NCBI GenBank assembly: GCA_036278915.1
Contig: DASUKB010000001.1
Span: 7,259 to 71,258 of the forward strand
Length of the DNA: 64,000 nt
Direction: 5' to 3'
From: Patescibacteria group bacterium
GTDB taxonomy: Bacteria; Patescibacteriota; Doudnabacteria; UBA920; O2-02-FULL-48-8
Numbering within the stretch: the stretch's first letter is position 1; every line of letters begins with the position of its first letter. The position numbers and the translations under genes were made by a program. Shown here one piece after another: positions 6,501-15,362 of this stretch. The notes beneath the pieces are model-generated. The model saw nothing but the letters and a program-made list of their open reading frames with translations, ran no database searches and had not been told where the DNA came from.

Positions 6501-9413
6501 ATGATAAACAAATTTCAACGTTATAGTTTGCCCCTGACGGTTCTAGTTTTTGCTTTCGCTTATCTTTTGTTGGCGGCGCCGCACGCACACGCCGCAACCA
6601 ATTATTATGCCTCACCGGCTGATCAAGGCTTGGGAGATTGTTCATCGGCCGGCAACGCTTGCGATTTGTTGCAAGCGCTGACCGCGGCATTTAATAACAC
6701 GACTGATTCGACTGTAATGATGTCGGCCGGGACTTATGCCGGTTTTTTCAGTTTTGATACTTCCTTTGGCCATGTCTTCACCCTCACAGGAGCCGGAAAT
6801 GATGTGACTATAATTGAGCCGACAGGAAGCACTGGCATGGAAATTGGGACGCTATCCACTATCAGCATTAATGATGTCGCATTTGATAATAATGCCGACG
6901 GTCGGGGACTGACGATTGATTCTGAAGGGAGTTTGACTGTAAACGACTGCGTGTTCTCCGGTAATGCCGGCGGCGGCCTTATTGACACTCACTTCGCGAA
7001 TACCGGCAGCGTGAGCATCATCAACGACACATTTACCAATAACAGTTCCAGTGGCGATGGCGCGGCATTTTCCTTTACTGACAACGGTACGACTGCGGCT
7101 ATGCCGATCACGGTCTGGGATACCGATTTCGAGAATAATACCTCGACCGGTGGTTCGGGAGGAGCCATCTCTATTGGTTCCAACTCGAATTCTTCACCCG
7201 TATTGATTAGAAGCAATAATTTCAGCGGCAATACCGCGGCCAATATCGGCGGCGCTGTTTATGCTTTCACTACCGGTACAAATTCTGGAATTACTTTAGG
7301 CGATGGAGGGTTGGGGCATGACAACACGATTACCGATAATACAGCCCACGTGGACGCCGGTGGATTTTATATAGATACTGATGGCGACGGCAGTCCTGTC
7401 ACCATTGAAAATAACACTGTCGGTACGACAGGCCACGGCAATAGTTCCGGTGATTTCGGCGGCGGCGGTAAGGTTTTTGCTGGGTCTGGCCTCACCTTGA
7501 TTGGCAATACCTTTACGGATAATACCGCGGGAGGCAATGCCGGCGGCTTGGGCGTACTAATTGACAGAGACGACGGCAATACTTCCGATAATTCTATCGC
7601 CAACAACACTTTTACAAACAACACCGCGCACTTTGATGGCGGTGGCCTAAATCTGAGCGTAAGTTATGCGGGTAATTTAACTGTCGACGCCAACACTTTT
7701 ACAAACAACACCGCAACTACAGGAGAGGGCGGCGGCTTTCGGTTGCAGCAGTTTGCGTCTAGCTCGCAAGTGGTTGTGACCAACAATTTGCTCGTGAATA
7801 ATACCTCCGGTACGGAGTCTGGAGGGTTTGATTACTACGATCAATCATCCGCGGGTTTAGACTTTATCAACAACACAGTTGCCGACAATATCGCCGGGAA
7901 CAAAGTCGGTGGCGCGAATTTCGGAGTGGATAATATAACCGCCGATTTGAATATTTATAATAATATTTTTTGGGGAAACACCAGCAATTCCGCCCACGAC
8001 GTGCATATAGATCATTTCAACTTTGATGTGACAAAGTTCTATAACAACGATTCATTTGATTTTTGCCTGCACGTTGAAGCTCTTGACGAAGACAGTTGCT
8101 TCGACTCAACCGGTATGGCACCAAATTTTAACGGTGATGCGGGTGTTAACGGAGTTTATGATCTAGGGAGGGGCAATATAAAGGATGACCCGGAATTCAC
8201 AGATGCGGATAATGGCGACTACACGCTGACGGAATTCTCTCCGGCTTTGGATAGCGGGTTGGATACGGCTCCGAATTTGCCCGGGCACGATATTACCGGC
8301 AATGGCCGCATCCAACATACCCACGCAGATATGGGAGCGTATGAATTAATCATTCCGGCTCAAGATTTGGTTCCGTATGTTTTAACTGCCATAACTCCAA
8401 TCCCGGATCATGTGGATGGTACGACTGCAACTTATACTTTTTCCGCTACCGGAACCGGAGAAGCGGAATATGTAGCTCAAACATGCGGCGGGAGTTCCCA
8501 AGCCAGCATGACGGAGATTACGGATCATCCGGAGGCCCAGCAATTTATTGTCACCAATTTAACACCCGGTCAGACTTATTCATGCAATTTTGAGGTTTTA
8601 TCCATTGCTGGTTATTCCAACCAACTAGACGTGGGTCCGTTCACAGTAAATGATAACGGGGCTGTCCCCGTGCAATTTTTGATTGATCAAACAAGAGCCA
8701 CAGCGCATCCGGACGGTACGCTCGTGCTGGATGGCCAGACAGTGTACCTCATCAAAGACGGCAAACGGTATGGCTTCCGTGATCCGAGCGAATACGAATC
8801 CTACGGATACAACTTTAGCCAAGTGGTGCCAGCTAACGATTCCGACATCAGATTGGGATTTGATCCTGCAAATATTATGAAAGCCATGCCCGGGACATTG
8901 GTGCTGGACAAGTCCGACGGCCGCACCGTATATATGATTGGAGAAAATTATACCAAGCGTGGGTTTGTCTCATCTGCAGTGTTTAAAGATTTGGGGTATA
9001 CGTTTAAAAATCTGCCGACGATTGATTTGTCGGATTACCCGACCGGCCCTGCCGTTGACTCAGCAACAGATGCCCATCCGGAAGGGTCGCTCGTGTTGGA
9101 CAGCAAAACTGTCTGGTGGATTTTGAATGGCGTAAAGCTTGGATTTGAAAGCATGACTGTGTTTAATACCTACGGATTTTCCCTGAATCGCGTGGTCAAA
9201 GCGGACAGCTCAGATTTGGAGCTGCCCACGGGCAATCTGATTCCGTTGCGCGACGGCACACTTGTGCTAGATGGCGGAAATTATTATATAATCTCCGATG
9301 GCGCCAAACGCCAGTTTGCTACACCTGCGGCTCTATCCAACTGGGGTTATAAAAGTGGCAACGCGGTAAATACAACGATATCATCTTATCTAGATGGCCA
9401 GCTGATTAATTAA
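6501..9413 (+). CDS. giant secreted protein: signal peptide, long right-handed parallel beta-helix (pectin-lyase-fold) region, then four C-terminal 60-aa repeats
   Basis: N-terminal signal MINKFQRYSLPLTVLVFAFAYLLLAAPHAHA; many N-N-T-F-T-N-N-T-A/G-G-G repeats; four GTLVLDG..VY.I..G.R..F...F...GY.F repeats at the C-terminus. Confidence 0.7.
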   Translation: MINKFQRYSLPLTVLVFAFAYLLLAAPHAHAATNYYASPADQGLGDCSSAGNACDLLQALTAAFNNTTDSTVMMSAGTYAGFFSFDTSFGHVFTLTGAGNDVTIIEPTGSTGMEIGTLSTISINDVAFDNNADGRGLTIDSEGSLTVNDCVFSGNAGGGLIDTHFANTGSVSIINDTFTNNSSSGDGAAFSFTDNGTTAAMPITVWDTDFENNTSTGGSGGAISIGSNSNSSPVLIRSNNFSGNTAANIGGAVYAFTTGTNSGITLGDGGLGHDNTITDNTAHVDAGGFYIDTDGDGSPVTIENNTVGTTGHGNSSGDFGGGGKVFAGSGLTLIGNTFTDNTAGGNAGGLGVLIDRDDGNTSDNSIANNTFTNNTAHFDGGGLNLSVSYAGNLTVDANTFTNNTATTGEGGGFRLQQFASSSQVVVTNNLLVNNTSGTESGGFDYYDQSSAGLDFINNTVADNIAGNKVGGANFGVDNITADLNIYNNIFWGNTSNSAHDVHIDHFNFDVTKFYNNDSFDFCLHVEALDEDSCFDSTGMAPNFNGDAGVNGVYDLGRGNIKDDPEFTDADNGDYTLTEFSPALDSGLDTAPNLPGHDITGNGRIQHTHADMGAYELIIPAQDLVPYVLTAITPIPDHVDGTTATYTFSATGTGEAEYVAQTCGGSSQASMTEITDHPEAQQFIVTNLTPGQTYSCNFEVLSIAGYSNQLDVGPFTVNDNGAVPVQFLIDQTRATAHPDGTLVLDGQTVYLIKDGKRYGFRDPSEYESYGYNFSQVVPANDSDIRLGFDPANIMKAMPGTLVLDKSDGRTVYMIGENYTKRGFVSSAVFKDLGYTFKNLPTIDLSDYPTGPAVDSATDAHPEGSLVLDSKTVWWILNGVKLGFESMTVFNTYGFSLNRVVKADSSDLELPTGNLIPLRDGTLVLDGGNYYIISDGAKRQFATPAALSNWGYKSGNAVNTTISSYLDGQLIN

Positions 9414-9470
9414 TTTTCTTCGAAAAAAAGAGCCGGTAACTCTGGATCTTTTTATTTTGCCTTAGGCAAC

Positions 9471-9505
9471 CTTGACCTTCAGAGAAAAATATTATAAATT
9501 GGTAT
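9471..9505 (+). promoter_or_regulatory. putative sigma-70 promoter for a short GC-rich transcription unit
   Basis: TTGACC, about 17 nt, TAAATT/TATAAA. Confidence 0.4.
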
Positions 9506-9542
9506 TTCTGGCAGTTGAAAACATTTAACAGGAGGAAAATAC

Positions 9543-9830
9543 ATGAGAAGGCCGTTGCTCAGTCCGCCGGGGTATGAGGCCGCTGCCGACGCTTGTGCCA
9601 GCAGAGAAGTCTGCGGGTTCAGGTGCGGGGCTTTCGATCTCCCTGTCATCATTGAATCATTGGTCCCGCGCGGCGGTTCCTACGAATTCAAAGGGAAAAG
9701 CCCGACCGGGTCCGGCACGCATTCGCGCGTCTTCGGGTATGTCAACCCAAGCACAGGCTCCGGTTGGATTGAAATTGAAGACAGAATCCCCCTTGCTTGT
9801 AACAGGAGGGGAGTTGAATGGAAGGACTGA
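9543..9830 (+). CDS. hypothetical 95-aa protein in an anomalously GC-rich (about 58%) segment; may instead be a structured ncRNA
   Basis: near-ideal SD AACAGGAGGAAAATACATG; its own promoter and terminator; no recognisable domain. Confidence 0.35.
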   Translation: MRRPLLSPPGYEAAADACASREVCGFRCGAFDLPVIIESLVPRGGSYEFKGKSPTGSGTHSRVFGYVNPSTGSGWIEIEDRIPLACNRRGVEWKD

Positions 9831-9841
9831 TCATTGGATAG

Positions 9842-9894
9842 GCCCATCTGAAATGTTACGCAATAGCAATACATTTCGGGTGGGTCTCTTTTTT
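9842..9894 (+). terminator. rho-independent terminator
   Basis: CCCATCTGAAATG...CATTTCGGGTGGG stem followed by TCTCTTTTTT. Confidence 0.7.
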
Positions 9895-10031
9895 CTATCT
9901 AAATTTGTAAGTCTTGCACAAAAAATCCTCCGGAATTTTGTAACTTTGCCTTTAGACATAAATTTTTTTTAGCATTATAGTATACAAAGGTGAATAATTA
10001 ATTCCCAAATATTGGGAGAAGAGGAGGTTTT

Positions 10032-10868
10032 TTGAAGAAATTAATTTCTATGGTATCCACAGCCGGGCTTCTGGTGGCATCGTTTGCGTTTTTTGCCAAT
10101 GTCGCGCCGGCCGCGGCGGATACGATAGTGGTCGTGACCCCGGCCAATACTCAGGGCTGGTCCACGGCGGACACCAATGCTGGTGGTACGGTCAATTTTA
10201 TAACTGATACTAGTTCGCCTGCGCCGAGTGGCGCGCTTCAGTTGGCCACTGATACTACAACCACGGCCAAAGCCCAGTACGTGCACGAATCAAACGTGCC
10301 ATTGGCGGATGTTTCGGGTTTAAGTTACTCCACCAAACAGAACGCGCCAGCAGGAATTGTTGCTGATCCTTCGTATCAGCTCATAACCTTTCTCAATGGT
10401 GGCACCTCGGGCTTTACGACTTTGGTGTTTGAGCCTTACCAAAATCCCGGCAATAATGGCAACCCAACCATTGTACCCGGTACCTGGCAGCAGTGGGACG
10501 TAAGCAATGGATTGTTTTGGTCCACTAGGACTGTGACCTGCAGCAACGGCACCATAGTGGGCACGCCCGGCGGTCCCTCCTCATATACTTTGGCCCAGAT
10601 TGAATCCACGTGTCCCGACTCCGTAGTAGCCGCATTTGGCGTCAATATCGGTTCCAATAACCCCGCATACAATGTTGAGACGGATCTGGTGAGTTTCAAC
10701 GGTACGACTTATAACTTTGAGGTGACGAATGCGCCGACAAGCAAGGACCAGTGCAAAGACGGCAACTGGCAGAACCTGACTGATTCGCAAGGTCAGAGCT
10801 TTAGAAACCAGGGTGACTGCGTGAGCTTCGTGGCTACAAACGGTCGAAACACCGCTTCGGGGAGATAA
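10032..10868 (+). CDS. secreted hypothetical protein (signal peptide, T/S/N/G-rich)
   Basis: MKKLISMVSTAGLLVASFAFFANVAPAAA signal; SD GAGGAGG upstream. Confidence 0.6.
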   Translation: MKKLISMVSTAGLLVASFAFFANVAPAAADTIVVVTPANTQGWSTADTNAGGTVNFITDTSSPAPSGALQLATDTTTTAKAQYVHESNVPLADVSGLSYSTKQNAPAGIVADPSYQLITFLNGGTSGFTTLVFEPYQNPGNNGNPTIVPGTWQQWDVSNGLFWSTRTVTCSNGTIVGTPGGPSSYTLAQIESTCPDSVVAAFGVNIGSNNPAYNVETDLVSFNGTTYNFEVTNAPTSKDQCKDGNWQNLTDSQGQSFRNQGDCVSFVATNGRNTASGR

Positions 10869-10878
10869 TTTGTAAGAT

Positions 10879-10907
10879 AAAAAGAGCCGGTCCTCGGCTC
10901 TTTTTTA
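10879..10907 (+). terminator. rho-independent terminator
   Basis: AAAAGAGCCGGTCCTCGGCTCTTTTTT. Confidence 0.85.
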
Positions 10908-10968
10908 GTCTGCTCTTGGCAATTCAGATATTATATGCTAAAATTCCTGTCTTGAACAAGGAGGAATT

Positions 10969-11133
10969 ATGCGGCGAAAGTTTGTGGGAATCATGTGTTC
11001 TTGCCAGCATCGTCAGATGCTCCACAAGCTGGTGCACAAGACAAACGAGGATCCGTACTACGTCTGCACGAGCTGTGGTAAGCGCAAGGAAGTCAGGCCA
11101 GAACACAGCCTCTCGCACATTGAGCAACACTGA
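10969..11133 (+). CDS. 54-aa zinc-ribbon protein (CxC...CxxC); below the 60-aa cut-off of the ORF track
   Basis: SD CAAGGAGGAATTATG; translation MRRKFVGIMCSCQHRQMLHKLVHKTNEDPYYVCTSCGKRKEVRPEHSLSHIEQH. Confidence 0.5.
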   Translation: MRRKFVGIMCSCQHRQMLHKLVHKTNEDPYYVCTSCGKRKEVRPEHSLSHIEQH

Positions 11134-11144
11134 AAGCAGGGAAG

Positions 11145-11534
11145 ATGGCATACAAGCTGGTGGTGATTGTGGCCGTGTGCTGGCTGACGTGGTTTATGGT
11201 GCGCACTGTCCTGGCCGGCCGGGTATTGGCGACCGTCTTCTACGATGAGGACAGGCTTGCACTCCACCGAGATAGCGCCCGTCTCTGCCTTTGGTTGACT
11301 TTTGGACTAGTTGCCCTGATAGAGTTCGGGGTGCGCTGGCACAGCAAAGCCAACTATGGATTGATGTTCGAGATCCACCTTTGCTTTGCTCTGCCATTTC
11401 TGGCTCTGCTTGTGGTACTCAACCGGTTTGCCACAGGTCTGAAGAGTGCAAACCACGGGCTCTTGGCTTACTTGTGTCTTGCAATGTTTGCGGGCATGCT
11501 CGTCACTGGCACAGTGCTGCTGTATCGTCTTTAG
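11145..11534 (+). CDS. small 4-TM membrane protein, hypothetical
   Basis: four hydrophobic helices; starts 12 nt after the zinc-ribbon ORF. Confidence 0.55.
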   Translation: MAYKLVVIVAVCWLTWFMVRTVLAGRVLATVFYDEDRLALHRDSARLCLWLTFGLVALIEFGVRWHSKANYGLMFEIHLCFALPFLALLVVLNRFATGLKSANHGLLAYLCLAMFAGMLVTGTVLLYRL

Positions 11535-11607
11535 GCAGAAGCCTCAATTGAAAAAGCTACTTAAGAGAGAAATCCTTAAGTAGCTTTTTACTTTTGGCGT
11601 AAAAATT

Positions 11608-12450
11608 TTAACTCACTCCAATCATAATGCTAAATACTAATAACAAAATTAGTGAGAATCTATACATGCGTCTGGCCCAAAGCCCCGTGTCGGGAGTATT
11701 TAATCCGCGAAAAGCCATTGCCAGCCAATATAGTCCCAAAATTCCCACGACCGCCAAGTACCGCCAGCCGACAAATCTGAAGACATATAGCATGGACGCA
11801 GATACAAGATAAAGAACGATAAGCACGATTATAGAAAGTTTCGTGTAGCGGATGCCCTTCTCTGCCGGCAGTACGGGCACGTGCGCTGCTTGGTAATCGC
11901 GCAGCCGATATATTGCGATCGCATAAAAATGCGGCAATTGCCAAATGACCATTATTAAAAATAAAATCAAACCTTCCCACCCTATGCGGCCAGTGACTGC
12001 GGTAAACCCGGCCAATATAGAAACCGCGCCTGGCAAAGTGCCAATAGTGGCCGCATGCAAGGTGCGGACTTTGAGCGGCGTGTAAACCCCGACATAAAGC
12101 AGTATGCCGGATAAGACTACAAGCATAGTTAAAGTGTTGGTAAACCAAAACAGTATAGCCAGTCCGACTGCGGCCAAAATTACGGCAAAGATAACGGCGT
12201 TTCTGGTTCCGGTTTGGTTTAAAATTTGCCGCCGGTTTTGAGTGCGCGGCATAAGTTCGTCTATGCCGCGATCCAGTAAATTATTTAGAACACAGCCTGC
12301 AGCAATAGATAATGCTACTCCTGCCAGCATGGCCACAAAAAGTCCTGGATGAAAGACGTCTTTTGAAGCTAAGAAAAATGCGGCAATTGCCGTGAGGCTG
12401 TTGCCATAAATAATACCCGGTTTGGTGAGCCGATAGTAAGCCGAAAGCAT
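11608..12450 (-). CDS. cyoE: protoheme IX farnesyltransferase (heme O synthase, UbiA family)
   Basis: UbiA-type polytopic membrane protein directly downstream of cyoD in conserved operon order. Confidence 0.85.
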   Translation of the reverse strand: MLSAYYRLTKPGIIYGNSLTAIAAFFLASKDVFHPGLFVAMLAGVALSIAAGCVLNNLLDRGIDELMPRTQNRRQILNQTGTRNAVIFAVILAAVGLAILFWFTNTLTMLVVLSGILLYVGVYTPLKVRTLHAATIGTLPGAVSILAGFTAVTGRIGWEGLILFLIMVIWQLPHFYAIAIYRLRDYQAAHVPVLPAEKGIRYTKLSIIVLIVLYLVSASMLYVFRFVGWRYLAVVGILGLYWLAMAFRGLNTPDTGLWARRMYRFSLILLLVFSIMIGVS

Positions 12451-12792
12451 TTAGAATCCTCCTTCCTGGCTTGTGATGTAGTCCTGAATTTGCTGGGGCG
12501 TCATATTGTAATTAAGATTGGCCATAATCCAAAGACTGCCGACGACGATAATCAAAATTAATCCTACCGTTGAGACAAACATTGCCAAGTTCCAGTGTGG
12601 ACGTGGCTCTGACCCCACGTGCAGGAAAAATATCAGCTGCACCACAAGCTGCACCAAAGCCAGTGTCAGAATGGCGAAAATTAGTTTATTGCCGGCAAAC
12701 GTCTGGTCCACTACCAGCTTGTATGCTAAGAGCGTTAAAAAGATAGACAGCAGCAAACCCAAGACATATTTAAATACGGTTTTTTGGTTCAT
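12451..12792 (-). CDS. cyoD: cytochrome bo3 ubiquinol oxidase subunit IV
   Basis: MNQKTVFKYVLGLLLSIF...WIMANLNYNM matches CyoD; ATGA overlap with cyoC; the ORF track's longer N-terminal extension is rejected. Confidence 0.85.
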   Translation of the reverse strand: MNQKTVFKYVLGLLLSIFLTLLAYKLVVDQTFAGNKLIFAILTLALVQLVVQLIFFLHVGSEPRPHWNLAMFVSTVGLILIIVVGSLWIMANLNYNMTPQQIQDYITSQEGGF

Positions 12793-13382
12793 CGGGCGGC
12801 TCCCATAAGGTAAACAATAGTAAAGATAAAGATCCAAACGATATCCAGGAAATGCCAGAACAGACCCAGCCGGACGAGTTTGCTTTTGATGCTCGCAGTT
12901 AAGCCTCGCACATGCATCATAACCATAGACACTGCAATCCAAAACAGGCCTACTGTAATATGCAAGCCGTGCGTGCCAACGAGCGTGAAGAACGCGGACA
13001 GAAATCCGCTGTTGCGAAAGCTTTGGCCGTCTGCCAAAAGATGCGAAAATTCGCGCAGCTCTAAGCCCAAGAAAGTCGCGCCAAGTAAGAATGTGATGCC
13101 AAACCAAAGATAGGCTTGCTTTTTGCTGCCGGCATTTGCGGCCAGAACTGCCAGGCCGCAGGTAAAACTGCTGGTAAGCAAAATCAAAGTTTCTGCCAGA
13201 GCTTGCGGCAATTTCAGAAGTTCGCCAGCGGTTGGGCCGCCGAATGTGTTGTTGCGAAGTACGGCGTACACCGCAAACAACACGGCAAACATCGTCAGGT
13301 CTGTCATAAGATAGACCCAGAAGCCGAAAATGACTCTGTCGTTATGTTCGTGTTCTACGGGTTGGATGTTGTTATCGGCCAT
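12789..13382 (-). CDS. cyoC: cytochrome bo3 ubiquinol oxidase subunit III
   Basis: MADNNIQPVEHEHNDRVIFGFWVYLMTD... is CyoC-like; start 4 nt after the cyoB stop. Confidence 0.85.
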   Translation of the reverse strand: MADNNIQPVEHEHNDRVIFGFWVYLMTDLTMFAVLFAVYAVLRNNTFGGPTAGELLKLPQALAETLILLTSSFTCGLAVLAANAGSKKQAYLWFGITFLLGATFLGLELREFSHLLADGQSFRNSGFLSAFFTLVGTHGLHITVGLFWIAVSMVMMHVRGLTASIKSKLVRLGLFWHFLDIVWIFIFTIVYLMGAAR

Positions 13383-13386
13383 AAGT

Positions 13387-15357
13387 TTAGTGTAATGTTT
13401 CTTTTTCTTCCAATTGTCGCAGTTCGGAAGCGGTAATAACGTACTCGGTGTCATCGTCGTACGCGCGGATAATGACGCAGATGATTGCACCGGCAAATCC
13501 CAAAATTCCAAGCCAGAGAATATGCCAGACAAACGCAAAGCCTAACAGAAATATAAATCCCGACAGATAAATTCCGAGCCCGGTGTTTTTGGACATCGTA
13601 ATATCCTGGTAATTTTTCGGTTTGGTCAGGCCCTTCTGTTTCATATTCCAAAATGCATCGCGGCTCTCAACCGTCGGTATGACCGCGAAGTTATAATGCG
13701 GCGGCGGGGAGGATGTGGCCCATTCCAGAGTCCGGCCATTCCAAGGATCACCTGTTAGATCCCGATTTTCTTTGCGCTGTTTGAAGCTTACGAAAATCTG
13801 AAGGACTTGCAAGAGCGCGCCAATGCCAATGATGCAAATGCCAATGAGCGCTGTTATAAAGAGCGGTTGCCACCCGGTGCCGGCGTCATAATGATCCAGC
13901 CGGCGCGTGGCGCCCATTAGTCCAAGCAGATACAGCGGCGTGAATGCCGTAAAAAATCCGACCAGCCAGCACCAGAACGCGTATTTGCCGAGGCGTTCGT
14001 TGAGCCGGAAGCCTGTGACTTTGGGAAACCAGTAAGTGATGCCGGCAAATATGCCAAATAGCGCGCCGCCGATGACCATGGTATGGAAATGCGCCACCAA
14101 AAATAAAGTGTTGTGCAGTTGAAAATCCGCCGCGGGCGAAGCAAGTAAAAGTCCTGCGATGCCGCCAAACGTAAAGGTGCTTATGAATCCCAAAAACCAA
14201 AACATCGGAGTCTTGAAGATAATCCGGCCGCGGAACATAGTGAGAAGCCAGTTGAAAATTTGCACCGCAGTTGGGATGCCGATAATCATAGTCATGATGC
14301 CGAAGAAAGCGTTGACGTCGGCGCCGGCGCCCATGGTAAAAAAGTGGTGGAGCCAGACTACGAACGCGATACCGGTAATGCCAAAGGCCGCGGCTACCAT
14401 TGAGTAGTATCCGAATAATTTTTTCTGCGAGAAAGTAGATACGACTTCCGAGTATATGCCGAAACCAGGGATAATAAGCACGTAGACTTCCGGATGTCCC
14501 CAAGTCCAAATGAGGTTGACGTACATCATCATATTGCCGCCAAATCCTGCGGTGAAAAAATGCATGCCGAAAAACCGGTCGAGCCAGAGCAGGGCAATAG
14601 TCGCGGCCAGAATCGGAAAGATAGCCACAACAAGCGACGAGCTAAGGAGTGCGGTCCAGGTAAACATCGGCATCCGGAAAAGCGTCATGCCAGGCGCGCG
14701 CATTTTGATGATGGTTACCAGAAAATTAATTCCGCCAAGCATGGTGCCCAGCCCGGAAATTTGCAGGCTCCATATCCAATAATCCACGCCCGTACCCGGA
14801 TTGAACGCCAGTTCTGACAATGGCGGCAAGGCCAGCCAGCCCGTGGCCGCAAAGTCGCCGCCAATGACAAAAAATAAATTGATAAACACCGCGCCCGCCA
14901 CATACAGCCAAAAGCCCAAAGAATTGAGAAATGGAAACGCCAGGTCGCGCGTGCCGATTTGCAGGGGCACTATGAAGTTGAGCAGGCCGAACAAAAATCC
15001 CATAGTCACGAAAAAAATCATAATGTCGCCGTGGGCCGTGAAAATCTGCTGGAAGTGGCTCGGGTCCAGGTAACCGTATGAAGCACCGGAAGATAAAGCC
15101 TGCTGGAGCCATATCATAACCGCATCCAGGGCGCCGCGGAAAAGCATAAGCGAAGCCATAATGATATACATAATCCCAATCCGTTTAGGATCAGTGGAGG
15201 TCAGCCACTCAGTCCAGAGCCATTTCCACCGTTTGGTGTAGGTGAGGAACAGCACGACGACTACGGACATAAGCAAAATAAAGCACGTCCCTCCTAAGGT
15301 GAACCATTGGTGGGGGAGCGCATCCGTCGTAAGATTTCCAATCAAAAAGTGTTGCAT
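13387..15357 (-). CDS. cyoB: cytochrome bo3 ubiquinol oxidase subunit I (heme-copper oxidase)
   Basis: near-verbatim CyoB blocks WIWSLQ, KMRAPGMT, NMMMYxNLIWxWGHPEVY, NRDLTGDPWxGRTLEWATSSPPP. Confidence 0.95.
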   Translation of the reverse strand: MQHFLIGNLTTDALPHQWFTLGGTCFILLMSVVVVLFLTYTKRWKWLWTEWLTSTDPKRIGIMYIIMASLMLFRGALDAVMIWLQQALSSGASYGYLDPSHFQQIFTAHGDIMIFFVTMGFLFGLLNFIVPLQIGTRDLAFPFLNSLGFWLYVAGAVFINLFFVIGGDFAATGWLALPPLSELAFNPGTGVDYWIWSLQISGLGTMLGGINFLVTIIKMRAPGMTLFRMPMFTWTALLSSSLVVAIFPILAATIALLWLDRFFGMHFFTAGFGGNMMMYVNLIWTWGHPEVYVLIIPGFGIYSEVVSTFSQKKLFGYYSMVAAAFGITGIAFVVWLHHFFTMGAGADVNAFFGIMTMIIGIPTAVQIFNWLLTMFRGRIIFKTPMFWFLGFISTFTFGGIAGLLLASPAADFQLHNTLFLVAHFHTMVIGGALFGIFAGITYWFPKVTGFRLNERLGKYAFWCWLVGFFTAFTPLYLLGLMGATRRLDHYDAGTGWQPLFITALIGICIIGIGALLQVLQIFVSFKQRKENRDLTGDPWNGRTLEWATSSPPPHYNFAVIPTVESRDAFWNMKQKGLTKPKNYQDITMSKNTGLGIYLSGFIFLLGFAFVWHILWLGILGFAGAIICVIIRAYDDDTEYVITASELRQLEEKETLH

Positions 15358-15362
15358 CTGAT

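Noticed and set aside
9543-9830. Hypothesis that the GC-rich unit is RNase P RNA, tmRNA, SRP RNA or a cobalamin/ZTP riboswitch
   Set aside because: By eye it lacks the P4 consensus GGAAAGUCCGGGCU...ACAGAAxCCGGCUUA, the tmRNA tag ORF and T-arm end, the SRP domain IV motif, and riboswitch core boxes. It is kept only as an unclassified possibility.
12451-13107. 218-aa ORF-track call covering cyoD plus an N-terminal extension overlapping cyoC
   Set aside because: The extension is out of character and overlaps cyoC in another frame. The real cyoD starts at MNQKT (12792) with an ATGA overlap to cyoC.
13886-15112. Antisense and alternative-frame ORFs inside cyoB (13886-14509 -, 14726-15112 -, 14494-14817 +, others)
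   Set aside because: They overlap a highly conserved CyoB reading frame. Arg/His-rich low-complexity translations are typical of GC-rich antisense artefacts.
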